Made by a program: the position numbers and the translations under genes. Below, one piece after another: positions 19,890 to 20,099 of a DNA stretch of 20,099 nucleotides. This DNA comes from Vicugna vicugna (lineage: Eukaryota), in the NCBI GenBank assembly GCA_013265495.1, contig MU058482.1, positions 654,962 to 675,060 of the forward strand. Reading direction: 5' to 3'. Positions within the stretch are counted from its first letter, which is position 1; every line of letters starts with the position of its first letter. The notes beneath the pieces are model-generated. The model was not told the DNA's origin and did no database searches. It worked only from the letters and a program-made list of their open reading frames with translations.

Positions 19890-20099
19890 TTAGGAGAAAC
19901 TATGCATGTAATAACTACCCTGTACTTGGTAATGTGAATTTCAACAAGAGATTTGAATTATTCCTTTTTGTGTGTGTTTGTTGGGCCAGTAACTGGGCTA
20001 CTCAGATTGAGGAGTTCGGGATCTAATGAAAGAAACAGTGAGGTAAATGGAAAAATACATTATGTATATACATACACATATGCATATATATATATATAT

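Overview
Mammalian genomic DNA from the RNase A superfamily cluster, almost certainly a camelid: it carries a vic-1-type tRNA-derived SINE and a camel-type pancreatic RNase sequence. The first ~10 kb are nested transposon debris. An old gamma-type ERV (pol-env, minus strand) is interrupted by a second ERV1 LTR/leader, L1 pieces, a rearranged Tigger1 and a solo LTR. An intact two-exon RNASE1 gene lies on the + strand (TATA 11759, non-coding exon 1, 725-nt intron, CDS 12588-13028, AATAAA 13230) and encodes an unusually acidic, non-glycosylated RNase 1. Convergent to it on the - strand is an RNASE6 gene whose promoter motifs, splice sites, ATG and signal peptide look intact. Its coding homology stops after 37 codons, before all catalytic residues, and the frame runs on into 64 unrelated codons. 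No prokaryote-style novel system is visible. The best leads are the truncated/chimeric RNASE6 and the acidic RNase 1 with colobine-like substitutions. Repeat family names and homologue comparisons come from memory, not from database searches.
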